Positions 9,358-18,840 of a stretch of DNA of 51,963 nt are shown here, piece by piece. The stretch lies in the IMG/VR virus record IMGVR_UViG_3300032770_000028, positions 1-51,963 of that record; one strand, given 5' to 3'. Position 1 is the first letter of the stretch. Each line of letters opens with the position of its first letter. Under the pieces are notes generated by a model. That model was not told the DNA's origin. It saw only the letters and a program-made list of their open reading frames with translations, and searched no databases. This DNA comes from a virus. Taxonomy: Duplodnaviria; Caudoviricetes. The position numbers and the translations under genes were made by a program.

Positions 9358-9842
9358 ACGAGAATCTGTCCGCCATCTTCAACTACCACGTGATTTGCGA
9401 GCGTGGCGAGGGCGTGGCGTGGGAAGACTGGTCGCATAACACGGTCACGGTGCAGGGCAAGAACCAGTTGCTGGCCACCGGACTCTGCAACGGCTCGCAG
9501 ATCACGCTCTGGTACGTGGGGCTCAAGGGCACGGGCTCGGCCGTGACGGGTGACACGCTGAATTCGCACGCGGGCTGGAGCGAACTATCCACGATCTACG
9601 TGGGCACGACCCGCAGCGTGTGGACACCGGGCACGCCGGCCAACGGCTTCGTGGACAACTCGGCCGCCACGGCGGCGTTCAGTATCACCACCTCATCCAC
9701 CGTGTATGGGGCGTTTCTGGCGAGTGTGCCGGCCGCGTCTCTCTCGACGCAGACCCTGTATTCCGCTGCCGACTTCGGCACGTCGCGTTCCGTGCAGAGC
9801 AGCGACACGCTGAACGTGGTGGCGGGCTTCACGTTGGCGTAG
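9354..9842 (+). CDS. Ser/Thr-rich putative virion protein
   Basis: ATGA overlap; WEDWSHNTVTVQGKN...WYVGL...DTLNV. Confidence 0.7.
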   Translation: MNENLSAIFNYHVICERGEGVAWEDWSHNTVTVQGKNQLLATGLCNGSQITLWYVGLKGTGSAVTGDTLNSHAGWSELSTIYVGTTRSVWTPGTPANGFVDNSAATAAFSITTSSTVYGAFLASVPAASLSTQTLYSAADFGTSRSVQSSDTLNVVAGFTLA

Positions 9843-9852
9843 GGGCGGCCCG

Positions 9853-10959
9853 GTGGCGAGCCGCTACGACCTGGTGCCGACGAAGGTGACCTATGCGTCG
9901 GGCATTGACCCGACGAAGTGCACGGTCACGCTGGGTTCGTCGAGCATTGCCAACAGCGGGACTACCACGGTCACGCTGCAAGCCAAGAACTTCTCCTCGC
10001 AGAACATCACGCAGGGCGGGGCCACCGTGGTGTTCAGCAACTCGGGGGGCTCGTCCACGGTGTCGTTCGGGTCCGTGACGGACAACAACAACGGCTCGTA
10101 CGTGTGCACCATCACAGGCACCGGGTCGGGCACGGCGACCACGGTGAGCGCGACGATCAACGGCTCGGCCGTGACGCAGACGCAGTCGCTCACGGTCACG
10201 TCATTTCAGACGCCGGACATTATTGTCAACGCCTCGTTCGAGGAAGGCGACTCGCCCAATCACTGGGACGGCTATAACGATGGGGGTGGCGGGAGTCCCA
10301 CGGCTTCCATCGACACCACGCAAGCCTATGCGGGATCGCAATCGGTGGTTTATGCGTGGACACCCAATCCGGGTGGCGACTCGGGTTGCGCGATGTATCA
10401 CACGTTTGGGGGAAGCGGCTATGACCGCGTGTGGATACGCGGCTACTTCAAGCTGACCGCGCATATCACGCAAACGTGGAAGTGGTGGCGGTTTGAAGAT
10501 GCCGGGTTGAGCGGGGGGATCGGTGGACTCTGGGTCGAGAAGGACGGCGGCGGCCTCAACGGGAACGGCCTCTTTAACGTCGTCTGGGATGCGGAGGATA
10601 GCGCCATCGGGACGACGATTGGCCTCACCGAAGCGCAGGTGATTGATGGGAACTGGCACTGCATTGAGATGGACTATCAGCGCAACGGTGGCTCGACGGG
10701 CTACCCGGAGGCGTCGTTCTGGTTCGATGGGAACGCGCAATACCCGGAGTACAACGGTCACTCCACCGTGAAATACTGGGACGGCTCGCAGCAGAAGTCC
10801 TCGTGGGTGAATGGCCGGATCAATGCGGGGATGCGGAACTCCACCACCAAATTGGGCGCGATGTTCCACATGGGGACACTGAACAAGAACAACACGACCA
10901 CGGGTCAGTGCAACATTGACTACGTGGGCGTGAGCAGCCTCGGCCGGATCGGACCCTGA
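9853..10959 (+). CDS. Ig-like (Big/invasin-type) domain plus lectin/jelly-roll-like domain protein
   Basis: TVTLQAK...VTDNNNGSYVCTIT...VSATING Ig pattern, then a Trp-rich beta domain (WIRGYFK, GNWHCIEM, WFDG). Confidence 0.65.
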   Translation: MASRYDLVPTKVTYASGIDPTKCTVTLGSSSIANSGTTTVTLQAKNFSSQNITQGGATVVFSNSGGSSTVSFGSVTDNNNGSYVCTITGTGSGTATTVSATINGSAVTQTQSLTVTSFQTPDIIVNASFEEGDSPNHWDGYNDGGGGSPTASIDTTQAYAGSQSVVYAWTPNPGGDSGCAMYHTFGGSGYDRVWIRGYFKLTAHITQTWKWWRFEDAGLSGGIGGLWVEKDGGGLNGNGLFNVVWDAEDSAIGTTIGLTEAQVIDGNWHCIEMDYQRNGGSTGYPEASFWFDGNAQYPEYNGHSTVKYWDGSQQKSSWVNGRINAGMRNSTTKLGAMFHMGTLNKNNTTTGQCNIDYVGVSSLGRIGP

Positions 10960-11789
10960 TGTTTAACGCCTCGAATTACACGTCTTACGCGTCCAATATG
11001 ACGATTGGCGCGGCCATCTCGTACGGCACGGGGGAGTTGATCCGTGTTTCGCACGGGGCGGTGACGGGCAGCGTGACGACGCCGTCGGTAACGGGCAGCG
11101 GGTTGTCGTTTACGCAGATTGCGAACACGCAATTCAACGGGTCGTGGCTGGGCCAGTTGGCGGTGTTCGAGTCGTTGACGACGCAGGCGGGGAGTTCGCG
11201 CATCACCTGCGGCGTGGGCCTTGTGCAGCAGGTGTGGTCCATCGACACGTTCAACGGGATGGATACCACCACGCCGCGCGTGCAGGCGAGCGGGAACTCC
11301 GGCGCGGCGACGCTGGTGCTGAGCGCGTTCCACGCGGCAACGAACTACAACGTCGCCTCGTTCCTGATTATCAGCGGTTCGACGCTCACACAGGGTGCGG
11401 GCTGGACCTCGTTGCTCAGTATGTATGGGCCCACGCAGGGCATTGGGCTCACCATCGAGTATTCGCAGAACACGTTGACGGCGCGCGTGGCCAATGCCAA
11501 TGGCAGCCACCAGGCCATCGTGGCGTCGGAGATGTCGGTCGGGGCGGCGAGCGGGTCAAACTACAACGTCAGCTCGCTGGATACGGCGACGGCCACCGAC
11601 ACGATGGTCATCACGGACATCTACGGGCCGTATCAGTCGAGCGAGAATGTGCTGGCGACGGATGCGTACGCGTATACGTGGCAGCAGGGACCGAACTGGC
11701 CGAGTGCGGGGTCGGGCGGAGCGGGTTGGCACGTGTGGCGGAAGATGCGGGCTGGAGGCGGGAACGCTCGCCCGCGCCGTCCGTTCTAG
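10959..11789 (+). CDS. Ser/Thr/Gly-rich putative virion protein
   Basis: TGATG coupling, composition and position. Confidence 0.6.
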   Translation: MFNASNYTSYASNMTIGAAISYGTGELIRVSHGAVTGSVTTPSVTGSGLSFTQIANTQFNGSWLGQLAVFESLTTQAGSSRITCGVGLVQQVWSIDTFNGMDTTTPRVQASGNSGAATLVLSAFHAATNYNVASFLIISGSTLTQGAGWTSLLSMYGPTQGIGLTIEYSQNTLTARVANANGSHQAIVASEMSVGAASGSNYNVSSLDTATATDTMVITDIYGPYQSSENVLATDAYAYTWQQGPNWPSAGSGGAGWHVWRKMRAGGGNARPRRPF

Positions 11790-11817
11790 GTAACTTACAG
11801 GGAGTCCGGGAGGCCGC

Positions 11818-12438
11818 GTGCCGATTTTCAATTTGCAGACGCTGATGAGCCAAGCCACGGCGATGGTGGGGCAGCGGCTCGACCTGACGCCGAGCCAGGT
11901 GAGTTTCTGGGCGAACACGGCGCAGCTTGAAGTAGCAACAAGAGCCCCGCACATGTTCATGCTGGCGAACTCGTATTTCAGCACGAGCGCGAGCCAGAGC
12001 AGCGCCTCGCTCCCGACGGATTTCCTCTCGCCCGTGGCGCTCGTCAACTTGGGCTCCGGCGATTCCTGGGGCAACCACACGCTGCGGGAAGTGGCGCAGC
12101 GGGAAGTGTACAATGCCTCCGAGGGCACGGCCAACGCGCGGCCGAATAGGTACGCTGTGGCGCCGCCGAGCCTCATGCTCTACCCGCCGGCCGACGGCGC
12201 GTACAGCATGCAGTTCACGTACTACAAGACGCCGAGCGATCTCGTAAGTTTGTCTGACACGTTGAGCGTCGGAAGCGCATTGCGCCCGGCCGTCATCTTC
12301 AAGCTCGCGGAATATCTGTTCGCCGTGACGCTCGATCAGGAGCGGGAGGCGTTTGCGCGGAATCGGTACCTCTCCTTTGTAGGCTCGACGCCCAGCGATG
12401 AAGCCTTCAAGTACCGCTCCGAGCGGAGTTCGATCTAG
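11818..12438 (+). CDS. Head-tail adaptor/ring protein, paralog 1
   Basis: G...RPNRYAV...LMLYPPADGAYSMQFTYY adaptor-type motif. Confidence 0.65.
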   Translation: MPIFNLQTLMSQATAMVGQRLDLTPSQVSFWANTAQLEVATRAPHMFMLANSYFSTSASQSSASLPTDFLSPVALVNLGSGDSWGNHTLREVAQREVYNASEGTANARPNRYAVAPPSLMLYPPADGAYSMQFTYYKTPSDLVSLSDTLSVGSALRPAVIFKLAEYLFAVTLDQEREAFARNRYLSFVGSTPSDEAFKYRSERSSI

Positions 12439-13158
12439 ATGCCCGCCTGGACGCTCAGGCAGATCATGTCCGAGTCCACGCGGCTCGCGGGCATCGGGGC
12501 CGAGATGGAGCCCTCGCGCGTGTCGCAGTTTGCCAATCAGGCGATTCAGGACATCGCCGTTCGCACGCCGATGGCGGAGAAGGAAACCATCGCCATCTCG
12601 TCCACGAGCAGCGGGGAACCGAAGTTCTACCTGCCCGCCGACTGCGACGAAGTGGTGACGCTGTCCTATCTCACGGCAGCTACGGGCGTGTCGTTCGACA
12701 ACGCGGATGCCCAGTTCTGGACGGATCGGGCGGCTGTGTTCGACGCCTCGGGCGGGGACAGCGGGAACGGTGGCTGGGTCATCAGACAGGCCAGCCCGTG
12801 GGAAGTGGATAGCCAGAGCGAAGGCACGGCGACGGGCGTGCCCGACCGCTATCTCTGGTACGGGAGCTGGCTGGAGCTGTACCCGAGCCCCAACAGCGCC
12901 TACTCGCTCCAGTTACGCTATTACAAGCGCATCTCGGACCTGACGAATCTGGACTTGGCGCCGAGCATCGCCACGCGGTTCCACTATGGCGTCGTGCTCA
13001 AGACGGCCGAGTTGCTGGCGCAGGGTGGGGACACGGCGCGGGCGGCGTACTTTGCCAACCGCTACATTTCGTACCTAGAGTCTATGCCCGACATTCAGAA
13101 GCAGCGTCTGCGGGACCGGACGGGCGCCGGGTTCCGCGTCCAACTCGTGGAGGACTGA
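12439..13158 (+). CDS. Head-tail adaptor/ring protein, paralog 2
   Basis: GVPDRYLW...LELYPSPNSAYSLQLRYY; colinear similarity to the preceding gene. Confidence 0.65.
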   Translation: MPAWTLRQIMSESTRLAGIGAEMEPSRVSQFANQAIQDIAVRTPMAEKETIAISSTSSGEPKFYLPADCDEVVTLSYLTAATGVSFDNADAQFWTDRAAVFDASGGDSGNGGWVIRQASPWEVDSQSEGTATGVPDRYLWYGSWLELYPSPNSAYSLQLRYYKRISDLTNLDLAPSIATRFHYGVVLKTAELLAQGGDTARAAYFANRYISYLESMPDIQKQRLRDRTGAGFRVQLVED

Positions 13159-13160
13159 CC

Positions 13161-13250
13161 ATGACGGAGATCATTGTGCTGTTGCTGTGCGGGTTCGTGG
13201 GTGGCGTGATTGCCACGCGGGCCTTTTTGAAGAAGAACCCGACGGTCTGA
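13161..13250 (+). CDS. 29-aa single-TM peptide
   Basis: GGAGG SD; MTEIIVLLLCGFVGGVIATRAFLKK. Confidence 0.5.
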   Translation: MTEIIVLLLCGFVGGVIATRAFLKKNPTV

Positions 13251-13424
13251 ATGACGTGGACAACGGCACCTGTGCCTGCTCCGTACGAGCAGTGGAACAC
13301 GATTACCCCGCAGCCGCCTGTGGGGGATAACAGCGTGCCGTTTGTCTATACGGTAAGCGCGTACCATCCTATCATCTGCACGGCCATCATGCCAGTGGCG
13401 TGCACGAGCGCGGCGGTGCCCTGA
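13251..13424 (+). CDS. 57-aa protein coupled to spike 1
   Basis: Fills the gap exactly; TGATG overlap. Confidence 0.5.
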   Translation: MTWTTAPVPAPYEQWNTITPQPPVGDNSVPFVYTVSAYHPIICTAIMPVACTSAAVP

Positions 13425-14701
13425 TGCCGTGGGTTGAAGGCGATCCCCTCACCCCTGTCAATATGAACGCCAAGATGGCCAGCGCGCCATCTACGGCGGG
13501 TTTCAGTACTAACACCTTGCAGGACGAGGTGGGGGGCACGATCACGTCGCTGGCCAGCGTGCTGATGCCGCAGGGGCTGGTGCTGGTGGACGGGTTCGGG
13601 GCCGTGGGCAATGGCGTAACAGAGGATGGGAACGCCATTTGGGCGGCAGAGAATGCTCGGCAACCGGGGCAGAGCCTGTGGTTCACGCCGACCAAGACGT
13701 ATGCCGTGGGCTCGCTGAGCACGGCCTCGTTGCCGCAGATCACGAAGATCGGCGGCTGGATCGGCGGCGGCACGCTCAAGTACATCGGGGCCAACCAGCT
13801 TAAGACGGGCTCGGACGGCGGCTCGCTCGGGATGGTGAATGTGCGGGTGAGCGGGGCCAATATCGCGCTCACGCTGGACGGCAACAATCTGGTGCGCTAC
13901 CCGGTCACGGTGGAGAGCAGTGCGAGCACGCAGGTGTCGGGCGTAGACCTCAACAACATCCACCAGAACTTGCTTCAGACCAACGGGCAGTGGACAGGCG
14001 TGCATTACGCGACTTCCGTGGACATCACGGGTAGCGCGATTTCCGCGCGGGCTCTGAATGTCAGCGGACGCATCCGGTTGCCGTCGTGCCCGATCATTGA
14101 CCCGAACACGCTGGCCATCGTAGACCAGACTCCGACCATGGCGCATCTCTACGGGAACAATCACCCGCAGGGCAACGGCTCGGGCGTGGCCGTGGCGATC
14201 AGCGACTTGCTGAACATCAGTATGGTGCTGTCCACCATTTCGGGCATCCCGCAATTTGTGGGCAACTTCCAGGATAACTCGCTGCTCGGCAACGTGCAGG
14301 CGCAGGACGTGAACGCCAATGCGTTTGAGGGCTACGGCGTCAGCGCCGCGATCAATAGCCAGTACTCGATTCCCTCGGGCCGCACGCTGAGTTATTTGGC
14401 GCGGAACGGCGTGGGCAGCGGGTGGTTCTACGCCAACGCGGGTTTCGCGGGCACCGGGGCGCCGAACGTGTGGATTGACGCGCGGTCGGCCAAGAGCGAT
14501 GGGCTGATCGAGAACTGGGGCCAGACGGGTAGCCAGCACTGGGTCTCGCTCAAGACTGGCGGGGCGAGCCAGACGAGTAGCAGCCTTGTCACGCAGGGCG
14601 AGTTCCTGTTCAGCATTCTCTCGAACACGACGAATGGCGCGGAGCTGGCGATCCGTTCGGGCAACTCGGTCTGGAAGTTCGCCAGCGTGAGCGTGGGGTG
14701 A
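13424..14701 (+). CDS. Tailspike/fibre 1
   Basis: VDGFGAVGNGVTEDGNAI pectate-lyase-3-like entry motif; W..GDPLT..N.N.K N-terminus. Confidence 0.7.
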   Translation: MPWVEGDPLTPVNMNAKMASAPSTAGFSTNTLQDEVGGTITSLASVLMPQGLVLVDGFGAVGNGVTEDGNAIWAAENARQPGQSLWFTPTKTYAVGSLSTASLPQITKIGGWIGGGTLKYIGANQLKTGSDGGSLGMVNVRVSGANIALTLDGNNLVRYPVTVESSASTQVSGVDLNNIHQNLLQTNGQWTGVHYATSVDITGSAISARALNVSGRIRLPSCPIIDPNTLAIVDQTPTMAHLYGNNHPQGNGSGVAVAISDLLNISMVLSTISGIPQFVGNFQDNSLLGNVQAQDVNANAFEGYGVSAAINSQYSIPSGRTLSYLARNGVGSGWFYANAGFAGTGAPNVWIDARSAKSDGLIENWGQTGSQHWVSLKTGGASQTSSSLVTQGEFLFSILSNTTNGAELAIRSGNSVWKFASVSVG

Positions 14702-14883
14702 GCGATACCTACTTCTGGACAGTCACGGGCTCGCCCACGACACTCGGGCTTCAGCAGGCGCCGCTGCGGCCGTTCGACATCGGCGACGGCTCGCTGCGGT
14801 TCAATCTGATGTGCAACGACGACGCGCCCGTGTTTCTGAATGACGCGTGGCCGTTTACTATCGTGGATGAGGGAGTCGTCTGA
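14698..14883 (+). CDS. 61-aa protein coupled to spike 2
   Basis: GTGA and TGATG overlaps at its two ends. Confidence 0.55.
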   Translation: MSDTYFWTVTGSPTTLGLQQAPLRPFDIGDGSLRFNLMCNDDAPVFLNDAWPFTIVDEGVV

Positions 14884-16451
14884 TGTGGGCGAGTGGCGAT
14901 CCACTGACTAGCACGAACCTGAACAGCAAAGGCGGCGCCTTCACCGCCTATAACGTGCAGGAGTTCGGCGCCGTAGGAACGGCTGACGACACGGCGGTGG
15001 TGCAGCAGGCGTTTGCCCAAGTGGGGAACGGCGGGGGCGAACTTATCATCCCTGCGCGCCTCACGATGACGCTCACCTCGACCGTGACTTATACGCCGGG
15101 CATCGTGGTTCGGGGCCAGAGCGGGCCGGCGAACGTGGGCAAGTTCGTCTGGGGCGGGGCCGCTGGCGGCACGATGTTCACGTCGGCCACGCCGGCCGCG
15201 TCGAACGAATACACGCGCTGGAAGGCGCTAGAGATTGACGGCGCCAGCCTCGCCAGCTTCGGGCTCGACTTCTACCGCGTGTCGCACGGGTTGGCCGAAG
15301 ATTGTTACATCCACAATGCCTGGGCCAACGTGCGCCTGTACCGGGACGCGGCGTCGGGCTACGGCTGCTACTTCAACAACATCGTCCGGGGCAAGATCGC
15401 TAATGGCACCTACGGCGTGCTGCTGGATGGCGCGGGTGTGTCGCACACGAACGGCCCGAACTCCAATTGGCTCCAGTTCATCGACTTCGAGAACAACGCT
15501 ACGAGCGTGTATCAGAAGTACGGGAACGAGCTGTTCATTCTGGGCTGCACGAGCGAGCATCCGCTGAATGCCCATTTCGAGTTGGCGGGTTGGGGCGCGC
15601 ACATCATCGGCTGCCGCCTGGAAGACAGTAGCGCGTCGGCCACCGTGCCGGGCATTCTGATTGACAGTACGGCCCAAGGGGTGGTGGAGGTCGGGAACTA
15701 CTGGGCCAACTTCACCAATGACCCGGTGGTGGACAACCAGGCGAGTGGCGACCACATCTTGCGGTTCTCGACCTACGGCTCGGGCGTGAACGGGGGCCAG
15801 CAGGGCTATCAGGCCGTCAACATCCTCGGCGCGCTGGCGTTGTACGGGCGTACGGGGTACGGGTTGCTGGATTTGAACGGGGGGGACCGGAATGCAACTA
15901 CGCCGGGCACCATCCGCATCAATCGCAGTTCCACCTGTTCCGGCGACCTGATGGATTTCTACAATGGGTCCAGCGTGCAGGTGGCGTCGGTGGATAGCAC
16001 GGGGCTGATTACGGGCACGGCGCTGTCAGGCACGACCGCGACAGGTTACACGGTTAATGCGACTAACAACCTGCGAGTAGGAACAAGCGGCGCGACTGGT
16101 GTGCGGGCAGTGATTCAGTCGCAGGATTCTTACAACAAGGACTTGGTCTGGGCGAGCGGCGGCGACCGTTGGGTGGGTCGGGTCGTTGGACAAAACGTCA
16201 CGCCGGGCGCCGGGGACAACTTTGCTCTGTCAGCGCGTACCGATGATGGCACATTGATTGATACTCCATTGTCGGTCGTCCGGGCTTCGGGCGGCACGCT
16301 CACGATTGCCCGCCCGCTGGTCTATTCGTGGCTCAGCACGCCGCTCGGGACGGACAGCGCCGTGACGGGGCAGATGGCCTACGACGCCAACTACATCTAC
16401 ATTGCCACGAGTGCCAATTCCTGGCGGCGGGCGACGCTGGCGAAGTTCTAA
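14883..16451 (+). CDS. Tailspike 2, beta-helix depolymerase-like
   Basis: YNVQEFGAVGTADDTAVVQQAF; Asn/Gly beta-helix repeats; C-terminal GQMAYDANYIYIATSANSWRR. Confidence 0.78.
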   Translation: MWASGDPLTSTNLNSKGGAFTAYNVQEFGAVGTADDTAVVQQAFAQVGNGGGELIIPARLTMTLTSTVTYTPGIVVRGQSGPANVGKFVWGGAAGGTMFTSATPAASNEYTRWKALEIDGASLASFGLDFYRVSHGLAEDCYIHNAWANVRLYRDAASGYGCYFNNIVRGKIANGTYGVLLDGAGVSHTNGPNSNWLQFIDFENNATSVYQKYGNELFILGCTSEHPLNAHFELAGWGAHIIGCRLEDSSASATVPGILIDSTAQGVVEVGNYWANFTNDPVVDNQASGDHILRFSTYGSGVNGGQQGYQAVNILGALALYGRTGYGLLDLNGGDRNATTPGTIRINRSSTCSGDLMDFYNGSSVQVASVDSTGLITGTALSGTTATGYTVNATNNLRVGTSGATGVRAVIQSQDSYNKDLVWASGGDRWVGRVVGQNVTPGAGDNFALSARTDDGTLIDTPLSVVRASGGTLTIARPLVYSWLSTPLGTDSAVTGQMAYDANYIYIATSANSWRRATLAKF

Positions 16452-16460
16452 ACTCCGCTC

Positions 16461-16489
16461 TTGACAGCGTCTCGACAGTAACGTAATAT
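16461..16489 (+). promoter_or_regulatory. sigma70-type promoter
   Basis: TTGACA-17 bp-TAATAT. Confidence 0.75.
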
Positions 16490-16519
16490 GGCGGCGTCCT
16501 GCAACCGGGGTGCCGCTAT
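16488..16519 (+). promoter_or_regulatory. RNA hairpin covering the RBS of the endonuclease gene
   Basis: 14-bp stem (4 G-U pairs), CAAC loop, ending 1 nt before TTG 16520. Confidence 0.55.
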
Positions 16520-16975
16520 TTGCAATACTGTAAGGCTGGCCATCCGTTAGATAGCGTTAACGCAAGGGTGCGTTTTCGTCCCGGTCCCCGCAGCGAGGGG
16601 CGCCAGGTCGAATGTCGTGTATGCCAGCGCCTTCGTATGCGTGAATGGAAGCGCAAAAACCCCGAGCGGGCTCGCGCTCAGCAGCGGAAAAGTGCTGCTC
16701 GGCGCAAGGACAAGCACCGCGACTACTCTATCCGTATGCTTTATGGTATAGGCACAGCAGAGTACGATAAGTTGCTTGGGGAACAGGGTGGCGTTTGCGC
16801 CATTTGTCGCCGCAAGAACATTGGCCAACGACGCTTGGGTGTAGATCACAACCACGAAACCAAGAAGATTCGTGGCATTCTTTGCGACCGATGTAATCGG
16901 GGACTTGGGTTCTTTGGGGATCGCGAGGATTTGGTGGCCACGGCCTTGGAGTATCTACGTCAAAAGAACCGCTAG
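16520..16975 (+). CDS. Endonuclease VII-family free-standing nuclease
   Basis: YGI...Y..LL.EQGGVCAIC...VDHNHETKKIRGILCDRCNRGLG. Confidence 0.88.
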   Translation: MQYCKAGHPLDSVNARVRFRPGPRSEGRQVECRVCQRLRMREWKRKNPERARAQQRKSAARRKDKHRDYSIRMLYGIGTAEYDKLLGEQGGVCAICRRKNIGQRRLGVDHNHETKKIRGILCDRCNRGLGFFGDREDLVATALEYLRQKNR

Positions 16976-18840
16976 TCTCGGCGATTCTCACAAGGAACGA
17001 AGCGGGGAGATACCTTGGAGAAATTCTCGCTCGATGCAGCGAGTTTGGGAAGGTGGTTATCCTTGACGACGCCAGCACGGATGCAACGGAGGAGCTGTGT
17101 CGAAGCAACCCGAACGTGGTTGCTTACCGGAAACGCGAGGCGCAGGCTTCCGCCTGGGGCGCCGAATCGAGTGCCAGACGAGAACTCTGGGACTTGGCCG
17201 CCGAGTACGGAGAGTGGGTGCTGTTCTGCGATGCCGACCAGTTGCTCGTCGGCGACCCCCGACCGCTGCTGCAAACCGTAGAAGCCAACGCCATTGCCTA
17301 CATACTCTACGATTGTTGGCACGAGCGCACGCTCTATCGCGACGATGGCTTTTGGCGAGCCCATCTGCATCCTCGTGCCTGGCTGGTCAATCCTCATCGA
17401 GTACCAAGCGACTGGACGCCTCGATGGTCAGACCGTGGTTGTCATTGCGGTCACCTGCCTGAAAACTTCCCCGCGCGGACTCTGGTGGCGCCTCCGGCAA
17501 CGCATTATTGGTTGCATCTCGGCTACGTCAAAGAAGCTGATCGCGCGGCTAAGCTCGAACGATACCACGCTGTCGGAGGGCAATTGACGGATTTCGAGAA
17601 AGCGCACGCCGAGAGCATTGGGGACAAGCACCCGACGCTCCGGCGCCTGCCAACAGAACAGCCGATCCGCGTGCTTGTCGGCGCCCCCACGCGCAAGCGA
17701 GCGGACGTCCTCAAGGCGCACTTGGACTCGCTGGCGTGGCAGGAACTCCCGCCCCGCGTGGAAGTGGAATACTGCTTTATCAACGATTATCCCGAACCTG
17801 ATGTGGGTGAGGTGATTCTGCAACACTTTGTTGCTGATCGTAAGGGTGTGTTACTGACGCCACAAACCAGGCCGCCAGGGAATGACTTCTCCGACAGCGA
17901 CCCCGTTACCCACCGCTGGACCCAGTCGGCGATGGGCCGCGTGGGGGCGATGCGGCAGCAAATCCTGGCCTACGGCGCCTCGCAGGGCTTCGATTACGTG
18001 TGGATGGTGGATACGGACCTCATCTGCGACAAAACGGTGCTAGCGAGCCTCCTGGCGTGCCAGAAGGCCATCGTGAGCGCCGTATACTGGACGCGCTGGG
18101 AGCGCGTGGGCTTGCACGCGGGGCCGCAGGTGTGGCTGGCGCCCGTGTACGAACTGGGCAAGGGGCCGTTCTACCCCGAGTCGGAGTTTCGCAAGCAGTT
18201 GGCAGACCGCGAGTTAGTGCCAGTCGGCGGGCTGGGCGCCTGTACCTTGATTCGGATGGACGCGATCCGCAAGGGCGTGGGCTACACGCGCTGCCCGAAT
18301 TTCCCCACGGGAGGGCTCTGGGATGGCGAGGACCGACACTTCTGCGAGTGGGCCAAACGTCTCCACGTCGAACTCTGGGCCGACGCGTGGCCCGACATCT
18401 TCCACGTCTACCACACCGATGATGTGGCCCGCGTACCGCTTTGGCAAGAGCGGCTGGGAACCGTTCATCCCGCCAAGCCTCGACCTGGCGACCTTATCAG
18501 CCTCCGCCTGCTCGCCGTCGAGAAGCCCATCGGTTACGAGTTCGTACGCACGCTGCTCAGCGGCGATGCGCTCCTACCTGAGCTTGCACAGGCCGTCTCC
18601 GAGATGACGCGAGGCGAGACGCGGATCGTGCGCGTCCATTTCCCCAAGAGTTGGCCGCTGGAGGAAGTGCAGGGCAAGACGCGGCTCATCGAAGTGATGC
18701 TCATTGACTGCAAGCCGCAGGGCGTGGCGCCCGTGCTGGAAGACGAGTTCCACGTGAGCGCGGCCGGGTTTCGCAAGGACGCGATGGACATGACGCAGCA
18801 GCAGTGCGACTTGCTGGGGAGTGAACATGCCAATGTCTAA
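16957..18840 (+). CDS. Tandem GT-A (GT2-like) glycosyltransferase with C-terminal FKBP-like domain; start uncertain (ACG 16957 or GTG 17053)
   Basis: ILTRNEA..ILDDASTD..FCDADQ; second domain MVDTDL..GLGACTLI..GEDRHF; C-terminal MTRGETRIVRVHFPKSW..E.QGK. Confidence 0.8.
   Translation, partial: TSKEPLVSAILTRNEAGRYLGEILARCSEFGKVVILDDASTDATEELCRSNPNVVAYRKREAQASAWGAESSARRELWDLAAEYGEWVLFCDADQLLVGDPRPLLQTVEANAIAYILYDCWHERTLYRDDGFWRAHLHPRAWLVNPHRVPSDWTPRWSDRGCHCGHLPENFPARTLVAPPATHYWLHLGYVKEADRAAKLERYHAVGGQLTDFEKAHAESIGDKHPTLRRLPTEQPIRVLVGAPTRKRADVLKAHLDSLAWQELPPRVEVEYCFINDYPEPDVGEVILQHFVADRKGVLLTPQTRPPGNDFSDSDPVTHRWTQSAMGRVGAMRQQILAYGASQGFDYVWMVDTDLICDKTVLASLLACQKAIVSAVYWTRWERVGLHAGPQVWLAPVYELGKGPFYPESEFRKQLADRELVPVGGLGACTLIRMDAIRKGVGYTRCPNFPTGGLWDGEDRHFCEWAKRLHVELWADAWPDIFHVYHTDDVARVPLWQERLGTVHPAKPRPGDLISLRLLAVEKPIGYEFVRTLLSGDALLPELAQAVSEMTRGETRIVRVHFPKSWPLEEVQGKTRLIEVMLIDCKPQGVAPVLEDEFHVSAAGFRKDAMDMTQQQCDLLGSEHANV

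Noticed and set aside
16452-16980. Group I intron carrying the EndoVII and splitting the GT
   Set aside because: No room for an intron core and no upstream exon; the nuclease appears free-standing
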